From: Octopus bimaculoides
Lineage: Eukaryota
NCBI RefSeq assembly: GCF_001194135.2
Contig: NC_068988.1
Location: 96,191,024-96,255,023, forward strand
DNA: 64,000 nucleotides
Reading direction: 5' to 3'
The notes below the pieces were generated by a model. That model was not told where the DNA came from. It made no database searches and saw nothing but the letters and a program-made list of their open reading frames with translations. Made by a program: the position numbers and the translations under genes. Shown in pieces: positions 1 through 14,500 of this stretch (the stretch's first letter is position 1; every line of letters begins with the position of its first letter).

Positions 1-1368
1 CAGTCAAACTTCTCTCATATTATACATTACTGATTTAAAAATGGAAGGACATATCGGATTATATAGTCCAAGACTATGTTGGAGAAAATAGACGGCTGAC
101 ATGGAGCTAACAACTAAAACAAAACCCAACACGTGTCTTTAATTTGATATAAATCCATATTCTGATGAAGTTCCTTCTAACCACTGCTTCATATTGCTTT
201 CAGAATTTCTGTAATCTTTTCTTTTACTAGTTTCAGTCATTAGACTGCGACCATGCTGGGGCACCGCTTCGACGGTTTTAATCTAACAAATCGATCCAAT
301 TATTTATTATTTTTTAAAGTCTGGTACTTATTGTATCGGTCTCTTTTTGTCGAAACGCTAAGCCAAGGCAACGTAAACAAAGCAACGCTGGTTATCAAGC
401 GATGTAGAAGGGACAACTACAAAGTCTCTCTCTCTCTCTCTCACACACACACACGTATACTCGACAGGCTTCCACACAGTTTCCACCTACTAAATTCACA
501 CACAAGGCATTGGTTGGCCCCGGACTCTAGTAGAAAACACTTACCAAGGTGCCACACTGACAAACTGAAACCAAAACCACGAAGGTTGCAGAGCAAGCTT
601 CTTAATCACACACCTGTGCCTAAGGTGTATAGGTTATGTATTCTACACAATTTCACTCTACAGAGCAGTGAGGGCCTGGAATTGTGTCTGGTGGAAGACA
701 GATATCTCTTGTCTGTGAAAGTTCCTCCTTTTGTTGTTGTTGTTTAGTTCCAGATCAACCTTGATTGAGCACAATCTATGATCAAAAGTATTATGTCCAT
801 CCCAGCTTTTTTAGGGATATCTAACATTATTTAAGGTGTCCTTCTCTTTAAGACACATCAAAGAAGAGAAACCTGGCTTTCTTAAAAGATACTTGCCCAA
901 GGTGCCACACAGTTGGACTGAACTTAAAACCAAGCGGTTGGGAAGCAAACTTCTTACCACACATAGAAATAGAGTAAGAAATAAGATTAGCCTTGGTTTA
1001 AATGTTGAAAACATATTTACATTTTACATGCTGGGACCACTTTAAAAGTATCTGTGCTGGTGCCATGTAAAGAGTACCCAGCACACACTGTAAAACGGTT
1101 GGCATTAGGAAGGACATCCAGCTGCAGAAACCATGGCAAAAGAGACAATTGGAGCCTGGCTAATTCTCTAGCTGACCAGCTCCAGTCAAACTGTTCGACC
1201 CCTGCCAGCATGGAAAATGGAAATTAGATAATGATGATGATAGAAAAGAAAGAAAGGCTGAAAATGTAAGAATAGGTTGTCATTTTAAGTCTCTCTCTCT
1301 CAGAAGCACTTTGTATTTGCAAAGTTTGTTTTGTTCAAAAGCAAAACAAAAGTATTCAAAATATTTAC

Positions 1369-1497
1369 CTAAACTCTTCATTGTTTTTCGGATCAAAGTC
1401 TTGATTGGCTCCGACATTGGTGGGGTTGATATGGCCTTGCTGAAACAGGTCTACCATGATATCACTGACGCTGCTGAGTATAGACATGTCTTTTAGC
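1369..1497 (-). CDS. CPLANE1: CPLANE1 coding exon 32 (LKDMSILSSVSDIMVDLFQQGHI..)
   Basis: AG/GT ends, phase 2 to 2; resembles the late LS.VADII..L motif of CPLANE1. Confidence 0.78.
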
Positions 1498-4400
1498 CTG
1501 TCAAAATAACACAACACTAGTCAGAGGTCTTGGGTTTATAATGTTGCACAGACACGATTAGAAGTGAGATATAAATAAACAGATAATATGTCTCCATTAA
1601 TTCAAAGCTTAATGAATCATACCTGGTTTCTTTTGTCTACATATTGTCAGGATAACCATTTGCTTTTCAATCTTCTTCTTTTCTCTCATTGTGTATCATT
1701 AATTCTATTGTATTGGATAAAATAGGCAACAGTCTAGTGTTGGCAATCCCCAAAAGGAGTGACTTTCTGCCATTATTAGAAATCAGGGCAGTATACACAA
1801 AATACCTTGTGGTATTTTGTTACTTTCTAAGCTTAAATTATGCTGGAGCTGATTTCTTTACCTTTAATCTTTCTCTAATTACATTTATAAAATAGTTACA
1901 AGTCAAGATTTAATTAGTTGTTGCCTTTCTCCAAGACTGAGACCTTCAGCTTTATGTTAAAAATCATTATTACTATTCATCATCATCCAGTGTTTTAAAT
2001 CCAGGTTTTGTCTCCGTTAATGGCCGGATCTACCTCAATGCCATAGCAACCGAGGTAGGCAAGTGCAGAGCACCCCAACCTTTGGGCTGACTGGTGCCCA
2101 TTCTCCTTTGCTATCATGAGGCTTTTTTGGGGCTGGATTTTCTACGGGGAGCATGCCCTTGCTTACCCCCAACCTCAGTTTCTAGGTCCCGTGACCATGG
2201 TTTTTAAGAAATGTGGTGGAAAACTAGCTCAGGAAAGCAGGGATGCTACTCCCTGAGACCACTTTTGGAGCCCCCCCTACTATCATTGTTGCATAATATA
2301 AACTACATAAGTAATAATAATAAATTGATTTCAAATTATGGCACAAGGCCAGCAATTTGGGGGGAGGGTTCCAACAGGGAGGCATTGCACATAATTACAG
2401 TAACGTGGATTGCAAGGTATTTTTTGTAATGTCGCATAACCAGCCCCAGCCCACTCAAAAGTACTTTGGATCGTAGGGCGACATGCTGTGCTTGAGGAGA
2501 CCTACTGAGTCAAGTACATCAAAACCAAAATCAAATGGAAATTGTAGTTGTGATCCACGTGCCAGTGGCATGTAAAAAGCACCATCCAAACGTGGCCAAT
2601 GCCAGCCGCCGCCTTGATTGGCTTCTGTGCCAGTGGCACATAAATAGCACCAATTGATCATGGTCATTGCCAGCCTCCTCTGGCCCCTGTACTGGTGGCA
2701 CATAAAAAGCACCCACTACACTCTCGGAGTGGTTGGCGTTAGCAAGGGCATCCAGCTATAGAAACTTTGCCAGATCAGATTGGAGTCTGGTGCAGCCTCC
2801 TGGCTTCCCAGACCCCAGTCGAACCGTCCAACCCATGCCAGCATGGAAAACGGATGTTAAACGATGACAATGATAATGATAATTTAAAAGAGAATGTTTC
2901 AGAAAATGGAATGGTTAAAACATAGATACACAACTGTTGAAGAATTCCAATTTAGGAACAGAATAGTTGTAAAAGGGGGAGGTAGAAAAAAAAACAAAAC
3001 AACCTGAATTTGATAGAACCCGTTACAGTAAATAAACTAAACGAATGCTTGGTGTTATAATTGGATGCTTTATTAAGTAGAGTCCAATTAAAACAAATGT
3101 TGAGAAATATTTACTTTAGGAGATGAAAATAGATGAAATGAAATTAAAGCAACTTTTTTTAATTTCTAATTGAGATCAAGAATTTTATAAATAGACTGTA
3201 AAATAGCAAAATGAGACTAAATGTGTGTGTGTGTGTAGGTGTGTTTGCAATTAACAAACGGGAGAAATGTACTCAATATATAGTGTATAGTATAATTATT
3301 TATCTGAAAAAGTACCATCCAAATGTGGTCGATGCCAGTGCCGCCTGACTGGCTCCTGTGCCAGTGGCACGTAAAAAGCACCCACTACACTCTCAGAGTG
3401 GTTGGCATTAGGAAGAGCATCCAGCTGTAGAAACACTGCCAGATCGGAGTGGAGCCTGCCAGTCCCAGTCAAACCGTCCAACCCATGCCAGCATGGAAAA
3501 CAGACGTTAAACGATGATGATGATGAATTTCATTTGACCAAGTGTGAACAATGGGAGTCTGAGTATAGTAGCAGCTGCTGTCATCACTTGGCATCGTGAG
3601 AGAGTTGGGTCACGGTGTGTGTCATTCTGGATCATTTGACATGAACCCAACACACAACCCCGGCTTTAGATTAAAATTAAGACTGTCTTCATGTGATTAT
3701 TGATAGACTGAAATAAACCAGCACACAAGAGGCAGATTTAGAAACAACTAATCAATGAGGGAAGGAAAGTCTTTGTCATAACAAAAGATTATAGAATCAA
3801 TCGAGTAAATAAAAGTTCAAAAACGTTATCTAGGTTAGGCTTAATGCAGATTATTTAAGAGAACTTGTTGAATCCATTTTGAGAGTATATTTTACTTGTT
3901 TCAGTCACTGGAATATGGCCATGCTGGGGCACCACCTTGAAGAATTTTAGTCAAAGAAATCAACCCAAATACTTGTCCTTTTTTATATAAGTTTGTCAAG
4001 CAATGGTGACAGGGGACAAACACTGACACACATGCGTGTGTGTGTGTAGATACACACACAACAGGCTTTGTCCTTATTAAGTTGTCCTTATTAAGTTGGT
4101 GTTTGGCACATGAAATTTTGATGGAAGGTTTTAACTTAAATCATTTTTAAACTGGAAGTTTGTATCACACAATGAAGGGCAACCTCAGGTGGTTTGGTAC
4201 CAAATGGGTTAAACCACAAACTCATGGATTCTGAGATCATATCCAATCAAAGCGGGACATTGCCAGAACAGCTGTCTGGCTACCGTGCCGGTGGCACATA
4301 AAAAACACCATTTGAGTGTGATCGTTACCAGCGTCACCTTACTGGCACTTGTGCCTGTGGCACGGGAACAAAACATTCGAGCAAGGTCGTTGCCAGTGCC

Positions 4401-7400
4401 TCTGGACTGACTCCTGTGCAGGTGGAACGTAAAAAACACCATTTGAGCATGGCCGTTGCCAGTACTGCCTGACTGGCCCTTGTGCCGGTGGCACGTAAAA
4501 GCACTCACTACACTCTCAGAGGGGTTGGCATTAAGAAGGGCATCCAGCTGTAGAAACTGTGCCAGATCAGATTGGAGCCTGGTGCAGCCATCTGGTTCAC
4601 CAGTCCTCAGTCAAATCGTCCAACCCATGTTAGCATGGAAAACGGATGATGATGATGATGATGAATGAATTGATCCATTGATATAACATACCTTCCTCTA
4701 GAAAACATCTGCTATGGAGAACTTTATTCACAATTATAATTTGTATGACATAATAACCAATAACCAATCACATAGACACACATTAAACATAAAACAGCTA
4801 ACAAATATGGACAGATGTAAGTACAGAGTAACATGTAGATATATATAGACAAGCAGACTAACAGAAATAAATGATATGAAAAAATATTTAACTGGGTAAA
4901 ATAAAGTTTGGGCTGTAAAAAGGCCAAAATATATACATTTAACTAAATTCTTCACAAACACATAAACTGAGAAATCAAACCATTGTTCATGAGGTTCCTT
5001 GGATTTAGATTTTTCTGTTGTATTTCTGTCTTCCAGAGATTCTTGAATGAGAGATTCATGGTCTGCAGATGGTTGCTCAAGTTTGTCTTCCTAGAAAAGG
5101 TTCATGAAGCGGTTAATAGGTTAAGCTAAGAAGAAACAAAATTCAAACTATTAATAATGTTCGACATTACTAATTACTAACCTCTACTGAGAAATTAATT
5201 ACAGAAACAATTATTTTAAATAAACATTTCAACATTAATGACGAGTCAAAGAGTAGACTTGGTGACTCAGTAACTAAATAGCAAACTGAAAATAAGTGTA
5301 GAGAGTTGGTGTGGATGGTCGTTTCTTTGATGCAGTTCAAAGGGCGATGAGTGAAACGAATTCATTGTCAGCATCATTTAACCCTTTAGCATTCACATCA
5401 CTCTGTCAAACGTTCTGCTTATTCACATTGTCTTGAGTTAATTGTACATTATTTTGTAACTTTAAGATTTCAATGATACGATTGTTTAGTTCTAGAATGA
5501 CCATTGTAAGGTAGGTATGAGTGGCTGATAGAATATTTTGGCCAGTTTAAATGCTAAAGGATTTAGGTCCATCTTCCATGCTGGCATGGGTTGAACAATT
5601 TATAGGATCTGGTAAACCAGAGGACTGCATCAAGTTCAAATGTCTGTTCTGGCACAGTTTCTATGGTTGGATGCTCTTCCTAATTCCACAGTGTATTTGA
5701 GATTTGTAAATGTAAGGATAGCTATGAAGTTGGCATATTGGATAAACAACTGAGAGAAGATTCATGGTTTGTATCTCATCATTGTCACCATATTGTATTT
5801 GTTGTCAAGATATTTAAGCAGTCCACCAGGTAAACTGTAGCAAGATTATAAAATGAATAAATGTTTTATTAGGTTACAGAGCAGAGTGCAATTCTGTCTG
5901 TGAGTACAACTTGAAGAGGGACTGGCTCCCATAAACTGGTGTGCCCTAGATACACTACACAAAGAGAAAATCTTCAGAAGTTACTATTGGATCTAGGAAT
6001 TCTATCATGGGTTTTAAGTTATTCTATAAAAACTGAAGACTTGAGTTGACTCTGGGTCAACTCAAGCCTGAGAGAGATGAACCAAGATCAACAGCATTCT
6101 AGCCATGGTCATCTCATCTATTTGATGAATATTTATAGGTCAGCCTTATCAAAAAATTTAAAAGTACTATGACTAAAGGCATTCCAGATGTGACCATCCC
6201 ATCTTCACAGAATGACTTCACGAAAATTTACTTACTATTTCTAGCAGGTCAACTCACTGCATAAAAGCTTACCCATTACAGGTATATGAGACTATATTAT
6301 TTACAGAGTCCTCTCCTTATTTAAGATGGTGAGACGAGCTTTGAGAGAGAGTTGGCTACTATTTCTAGCAGGCTGAGTGACCATGTACAAGTTATTTTAG
6401 CTTGAAGTGTAGGTTGTTGTGTCAGGTGATGAAATAAAAACTGATGTATTCAAAAAAAAAAAGCAATCACTTACTGGTTCATCTAATTCTCCATATCTGT
6501 CAATCTCAATGTCATGTGGTTGTTGATGCTGATGATGTTGTTGTCTCAGGAGTGCTATATATGGTTCATAGTCTCTGACAGCTGGCTGAGGTTTGGAGTG
6601 ATATCGAGCATGGTCTACAACAGTTGATGAAGATGGAGTATTTTGAGAGACAAGATTTTTGATTTGGTTTCCAGCCACAATGGATGTTGGAGGATGCTGT
6701 GCCTGTTTGAAGTCATCTTTCGGCAACAGACTGTCGACATCGTAATGGTGTTGCTGAGCAATTAAGGAGTTAATTTCTTCGTTAAACTAGAAACAATATA
6801 AATAGACAACACAAAATAAGTTAAATAATTAAGAAAACAACCACAAAAATAACAACAATTTTACTATAATCTTTGACATTTTCTCCATAGATTTAATTTA
6901 GTTAGAAAGTAGCCTAAGAGAGGCCAAGTGAATTCAATGTCAATTGTCGTCGTCTTCATCTGGATGGACTAATATAAGAATATTATTGATTTTCTGTTGG
7001 TTATGATGAAGAGTGTTCCAGTTGATCTAATCAACAGATCAGCCTGCTTGTGAAAGTACAAGTGCTTGAGTACTCCTCAGACATACATAGTGTTGACATA
7101 GTTCTCCGGGAGATTCAGGTATGACAAGGCTGGCCCTTTTGAATTACTGGTAAAACTCATTTTCGTTGGCTGAGTGGAGTGGAGCGATGTGCTCAAGGAT
7201 GCAATGTACCACCGGGAACTGAACTCGTGACCTCACACACATGAAACAAATACCTGGACCTTGAAGCCTTCACACTGATTTCTAAAAACTGGAGTAAAAA
7301 CCAGAAATTTACATGGAGGGTACAGCTGATTAGATAAACCCCAGGTATTTGTTGTTTAGTTTTATCAATACCAACATGAAAGGCAGAGTCAACCTTGGCA

Positions 7401-8445
7401 TGTGTTTAACTTAGGACAAAACGATCTGTAATAAAATAGCAGAAGGCTTTTTGTCCAGCGTATATACACAATGGGCTTCTTTCAGTTTCCATCTACCAAA
7501 TCCATTCACAAGGCTTTGGTTGGCTATAGAAGAAGACATTTACCCAAAGTACTACTGCTATCTCTTAGCCCCCAACCTGTGTGTTCCACCCATACGTAAC
7601 AAGAAAACTTTTCACTCACCCTACCCCAACAAACCAATCTACATCTCTTCTCTTCCTCACATTTCCTCCTTCATACACTATGCCTAGTTCTCACTCCTCA
7701 ATCCTGTCCCCTGTTCCTCTGTATCATTGCTATCTGGTAGTCCCCCAACTCTATATATACCAAGGTCTTTTGCCACTTATTCACACACCCTTCACAATAT
7801 CCTGCCACATATTATGACCTTTGACCCTCAAGGGTCTGCCCTTGCACTTGCCACCATCTATATCTCTCTCTTCCTTTACTCAACCATCCCATTTATATTC
7901 TGATCCCTGTCCCTTGTAAGTATGCCTGGCATTTTGCCACCATCTTTATCCTGCTGTCTCTCTCTCTCTCTCTCTCCTTCTGCACTTCCCTCAGGTTGGG
8001 TAACCATGTATTTCCTTTGCACTTATTTCTGTCATCATTCCTGATCTCTCTCTCTGGCCAGGTAACCAGCAAGACACCTGTATCTGTCTCACTATAACCT
8101 TTCATCATCCAACACAAGATCACCTCCTTCAATGCCTCCTCCCCTCTTGAAAGTTTTCGTTTTTTTTTTTGTCCTGCAAGGTACTTAGTGACGCTGTCAG
8201 TGCAGGTGCCACTTAAAAGCACCCAGTCCACACAGTAAAGTGGTTGGTGTTTGGAAGGGCATCCAGCTGTAAAAACCTTACCAAAACTGACCTCGCCTGT
8301 GCTTGTGCCATGTAAAGAGCACTAAGTCCACTCTGCTGGGTGGTTGTGGTTAGGAAGTGCTGTAAAGATCCCGTCAAAATAGTCACAGAAGTCTGGTGCA
8401 GGCCCTTGTGAAACCATCCCACCCATGCTATTATGGAAGATGATG

Positions 8446-8512
<67 letters not shown>

Positions 8513-11500
8513 CATATATATACATATATATTATATTATAAATTGATATTTATATAAATATCGCTAATAACCTATATCTTCATAATAATATATCTTTACT
8601 CACCAGTTTTGTCTTTCTACTTTCCTCTTCCATTTTCAAAGAAAGTTTATCCAACACACCAAGTTGATGACTCATTTTCATAAGATTTGTCTTCAAGAAA
8701 TCTTGTGAAATATTTCTTGGAGTTTTTTGTTGAGGAACCAAGTTTTTAAAGCTGTGAAAATGAAATCATATGAAGAAAGATACCCATTATTTTAGTTCAG
8801 GAAATAATTTATTGTTAGCAATCTCTTGCTTCTTTCTCAACTATGACGAGTGTGTACATACATTTATGCATAGAAACTCTGGTAGTCATTCAACAGAAAA
8901 CAGACCAAAAATTCTTGTACTAATATCTAATATCATTAGCATTGACAAGAGTATTTTACAGTGGTAATTCTAAACTAAAACATTTATAAAATGTTGGTAT
9001 TTGTCAACTTCAACGAGCTCATGCCAGTATGTAATGGTGATAAGATTACGTTGTTGTTCCGTGCTACCATTTATTTGAACTGTTAGGACAGTAATTTTAT
9101 TACTTCCTCCGCCAGCTGGATTAATATCCATTTATTTATAAACACAGGGACCAAGAAAAATATTAATTCATGACATCATCAACATCATTTATGTTTATTT
9201 TTCCATGCTGTCATTAATTAGACAGATCTAGTTGATGAGCAGGCAGGATCATTAGCACATCAGACAAAATACTTTGTGGTATTTCTTCTAGCTTTTTACA
9301 TTCTGAGTTCAAATCCAGCTGAGGTCAACTTTATCTTTTGTCCTTTTGGAATTGATAAAATAAAGTACCAGTCAAGTACTGGGGGTCAATATAATTGTCT
9401 TGCCCCTTCCCCTCAAATTGCTAGTCTTGTATCAAAATTAGAAAGAATTAGATAGGTCTGCTGTATAAAGCGTATTGCAATCATCATCATCATCGTCATC
9501 AGACATATGATAAAAATCATTCCAGCCATGATCATTTTGTCTTTTTAAGAACATATAAGACTTCATATCTCATGTGTTTTCTTATTCAAGATGGTTAGGT
9601 GGGATTAGAGTGTGATTTAACTTCTATTTCTAACAAGTTGAACAACCACATAGAGGATCCCTCACATGCTTCCAAATAGTTGTTGTCCATTCACAACACA
9701 ATACCCCCACCCAGTGGAAACCACCTCTTCTGTCCATGTCTTGAAAGCTCAGCTGATTTCTTAGTTGTGCTCCAGCTTTCCTGCAAGTTAACATCACTCA
9801 TCCAATGGATCACACTCCACTTATTTCTTTTCAACCTCTCTCGGTTATCTGACAGAACCCACCACCAGCAGAAACACCCGCCCACCCCAAATTCTTAAAT
9901 ATCGATTTACCTCTGGAGGTTGACATCTTCGTTAAAAGAGGTCAGTTCAGCCAGGTCATAATTTCCTAATGGTCTGTCTGATGAGTTTTGTTGGATTAAT
10001 GGTTTGTCTGGTGATACTTGTGAAGTCTGAGGTTTGTCTGGTAAGTTCGGTGAAGAAATTAGTTCAGAAGCCAGTTCTTCAATAGAAGAAACTCTTTGAT
10101 TATTAAATGCTGGCAATGCATGTTTCTCTTGAGCAGCTTCTGTACAGTTCAGGTTATCGGATGGCTGCGAGATCTGGTCTGGTGTTTCAGATGACTGGAT
10201 TGAATCTTCGTTGATAGGTGAAAGAATTCTTGGTTCAAAGACTTTTGGTTGATTATTACTGCTAGGTGTAGGTGTTTTTTCTTTTCTTTCAAAAAGTCTA
10301 CTGTCTACTTGGAATGGTACAGGTGAAAGCTCACTTTCATACTTGAAATCTTGAAAAAAAAAAAAAAAAAAAAAAAAAAGAATATATATAAATATGAAAA
10401 CCTACAATTCCATATTGTGCTTTTAGGATTAATTTTCAAACAAAGCCTTATGGACACGATTTCTTGACTGGTTTCTTTAATCTTATTCCTTTAAATACAA
10501 GACTTAACGGTTCGGCAAAAGTGACCGATAGAATAAGTACTAGGCATACAAAGAATGAGTCCTGGGGTCAATTTGCTCGACTAAAGGTGGTGCTCCAGCA
10601 AGGCCGCAGTCAAATGACTGACACAAGTAAAAGAGCAAAAGAATATGTTGCTTACTATGGCTGGCCATAGCAACAAAAGAAACCAAAACCAAAAACAAAA
10701 AAGAGCAAAAGAATAAATGAAAGATTCCGTGATGGAATGAAGTTATGTCTATGCATGGGAGGTAACTCTGTAAAGGCAGTTGCATACAAAAGTGCCAATC
10801 ACTTACAGTGAATGGAACTTGTGGAAGAGAGAGACCCAGGAAGACATGTGACAAAGTATTGAAGGCTGACCTCAAGCTGCTGAGCCTTACAAAGACGACA
10901 AAGACCAAGATAATTGGCACCTTGACGTTCTGAAGAAGACCTGCCCACTACAGCAGAATTGATATCCTAAAACCTCCTAAGTAATGCTTACCCATGAGGG
11001 GCTCTGCCCTGTCAACCTTCCCTGCCTCCCCACACCCATCACTTCCACTATCACCTGAGACCTAGAATAGGCACATACTACAGCCCCTGGCTTACTCAGT
11101 TACCTTTCTTTCCCGCCCCAAACCACTTCCACTTCCCATTATCTTCTCCCACTTACCCTCTCCATCAATCACCTCCTTTCTGTACCTTCTCTCCCCTGTG
11201 CTGTTTGTTCTCCATCATTAACACCTCACTTACCTGCTTCATCTTCAAAGCCCTTGCATATCCACTGCAACCCCTGCTCCACAAAGCCTCTCCAATATCT
11301 CTCTTCATTTCCATCCTGCCTTCCCCCCCCCGGTCTAAACCTCCCCAACTCTTACCCCACCGCCACCAGTGTCCCTCGAACGCATGCTGTGACACATCTT
11401 TACTATCATCTCTCTCGCTCTCTTCATCTTACTCCTTTACTCTCTCATCTTTCCTTTCAAACTGAGGTATCCATGTCTTTACAGCAAGACCCCCTATCTT

Positions 11501-14500
11501 TGCCTTGTTAAAAAACAAAACAAAATACCAACAGATAAATAGCTTGTGAAAAATGAAATGCTGATTTAAAACTGATTATTTTCTTACCAGAGAGAAGTGC
11601 TTCCGTATCAATATAAGGTTTATAAACATTCACTGGTTGAGTCAACCTTGTATTCATTAAAGGCTGAGAAATGACAGGAGTTGCTTCAGAAATAGCAGCC
11701 ATCACAGAAGATGAAGATACATCAATGACATTCAAGAATGTATGACTAGATTCTTCTTTCTGAAATTATAGAATAATAACTAGTAACAGTAGATTCCAGT
11801 GGCTTTACTTTCAGGTGGTGTGTCCAGTGGTGTAGCTAGGTTAAATTGTGCCTGGGACAAGATGCAAAAATGTGCCCCACCCCCATTAAAAAATACACGA
11901 TATTATATAATACTTATTTGTTACAAGTAATTAATGTTTTAAAGCAATATTTTAGGAACAAATACTTCGCCAGGGTTCATTTACCTGTCAGTTTGGTACA
12001 GCCTGTAATTCAAAATATATTTTTTTAATGTTTACTTTTACGAAACCCCTTATTTTAACCATTTAATGCTTCAACTTCCCTGATTGAAACCTACATAACT
12101 AATGTGTGAAATGAAATGTAATAAAAAAAAAACATACAAATCTTTAAAGTCTCATCTTTCTTGCTTTTGATGAGGCGCTCCCCCCCCCACTTCAATCTGC
12201 ACCTGGGGCAAGTGCCCTCCCCCTGCATCTTGCCCTAGTTATGCTACTGGGTGTATCTAAGGAAGTCAGCTTAGGAGAGTCCTGACTCCCTTCAAACTAT
12301 ATCCACAAGAGTCACAGAGAATTTGAAGACAGTGATGCAATTATAATGAACCCACCCCCCATCAAATTTACAGTACTTTCATTGCTTTCCACAATTAGAT
12401 TTTAATTGTGAGGGCTGAGTCAGAAGAGGAAGTGTCGTACGTATGACCTTTGACATGTTGTCTGAGGCTAATGAAAGAAAAGAAGGACACTTGGTTTGAA
12501 TGTTTGTAGCAAGTTGAATATATTAAGGGTGGCACCTAAGGGTCAGTGATGTTATTAAATCGGGAGATGAATTAGGTCTGTCAGCCATGAACAGGGACCG
12601 TCTATCTGATGGTCTTCTACACAGTTTGTGTGTGTGTGTGGTGGGGGTTTGGTGGTGTATATATTATATACATAAACTTGGCTGTAAGTAGAAGAAACTT
12701 GCCCAAGGTTCCACACAGTGATATTGAACTCGGAGCCATACGATTGCAAAGCAAACTCCTTAGCCCCATGGCCATACTTACACCTGTTATTCTCACCTGT
12801 AATTTAATTCTTCAACAGTGAGGTGGTCTGAAATGTTTTGATATTTTCTTGATCAAAGGTTGCATTCCACTGACCCCCGCCCACCTCAGCCAGTTCTCCA
12901 ATGTTACAGACAACTTCACTCGCAATTAATAAGAAAAGTTTAATTAATTAACAGCTAAAATACTGACACAGCAGTGTGAAGTACTAAAACAGAGTGCTTT
13001 GGAGTTCTGTCTACTGGAATATGTGAGTTGGGTGGGTGGGTGGAGTGTGGTTTTGGCTTTTGATGGCTTACTTTTGGATGCAGCAGAACCACCGCCACAA
13101 ATATTCCCTTACTATGCTGAAGATGGAGTAAAAGAGTGGACAATATAGATGGGATGGTCATGGCTAGAACACTTTTGATCATAGATCTTCATAATCAGAT
13201 CTGGTTTTCAGGTTTTAAACATCACCACCACATTATCGAAGTAAGTAAAATATCAAACATTGTTGGTAAACTTGATTCCCCACGCATTCACCAATGCCAT
13301 AGAGAATGGAACAAATTCTACCTTTGTAGCTAAACAAACTGAATAAATAAACAATTATTTCAGAAAACAGAACAGGAACAACAACAACAACAGATTTTGC
13401 AATAAAATGGTCAAATATGGAATCGTACGTTTTTCAGAGTTGGAGATCTGCTTTCTCTTGTATGTTGGTCTTTTAGAAGCAGGTCGTTGCATTGCAGATT
13501 TAGGAAGATATCAGGAGTGAGAATATTTCCTTGGTGCCCTTCAGTGTCCTTCGGTGTCATCAGTTCAGTGACTGGATCTGAACCTGGTTTACAGGACACG
13601 AAAACAAAATCAGTTTAAAAAATTTTTTTTTTTATACACAAGTACAGTTGTTTGGTGGAGGTGAAATGTGTGTGTGAGGTGGGATAATTGATGTTAGAAT
13701 ATTACTGGTACTTAGAAAAAAAGATGAATATCTTTAACAGGTTTTCAATACTTATTAGAGTCTCATCAGGTGTTTACATCACTTGACCAATCTGAGAGAA
13801 ATAAGCAGTTAATTAAGTCAGCTTTATGAACACTTGGGTTGAGGAATCTTTGAACGATGGTGCTTAGCTCAGGTTTCAAAACATAGAGAAACAAGAAATA
13901 CCATAAAAGAGAGGATGTCAGCTTACTGCAGATGACCTGAACCCGTTCCTGACAACCAGGCGGACGAAGCTTCCTTGAAACAACAAATTACCAGCCATAA
14001 ATCTGAGCAATTACTTCAATATTTTTTCCATTCACCATCTCACTTGTACCTTCTCAATTAAGACATAATTAAAGTGTTAATTAAATTACCAGTGTCTTTA
14101 GTGATGGAAGTAGCAGCATCAGTCGTTTGTTTTATTTCTTCAAGAACAGCATCAGTCACAACACTCACATCAGACGTTTGTTTCTTTGCTTCAACTGCAT
14201 CCATCTGAAAATACATCACAAGAAACACAAACTAGGCTATTCTTTTTGCTTTCTTTCAATGGTGTCAATCATTCAATTGTGGCCATGCTGGGGGGCACTA
14301 TCTTAAAGGGGTCTTCTTTTTCTTTTTTTTTTGTTGGTTATATGTTTCTATTAAGCCTGGTACTTTGTCTAATTTAGCAATTACATAAAAGGGAACATCC
14401 ATAAAAAAGGGCTGAAATGGAACCAAATGGTCTTTGGCATTTTGGTTTGATGCCCTGATTCTAGCATTCTTCGTGGATGCTTTATCATTTTAGCATCAAA

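Noticed and set aside
2555-2715. Tandem units read as a CRISPR array or HDV-like ribozyme
   Set aside because: Eukaryotic context with no unique spacers or cas genes; the units lack room for the P2/P3/L3 nested architecture of HDV-like ribozymes
10980-11500. Pyrimidine-rich blocks (also 7560-7880 and 58440-59000) as Penelope-like remnants
   Set aside because: Plausible, but I could not read a convincing GIY-YIG or RT motif, so no call was made
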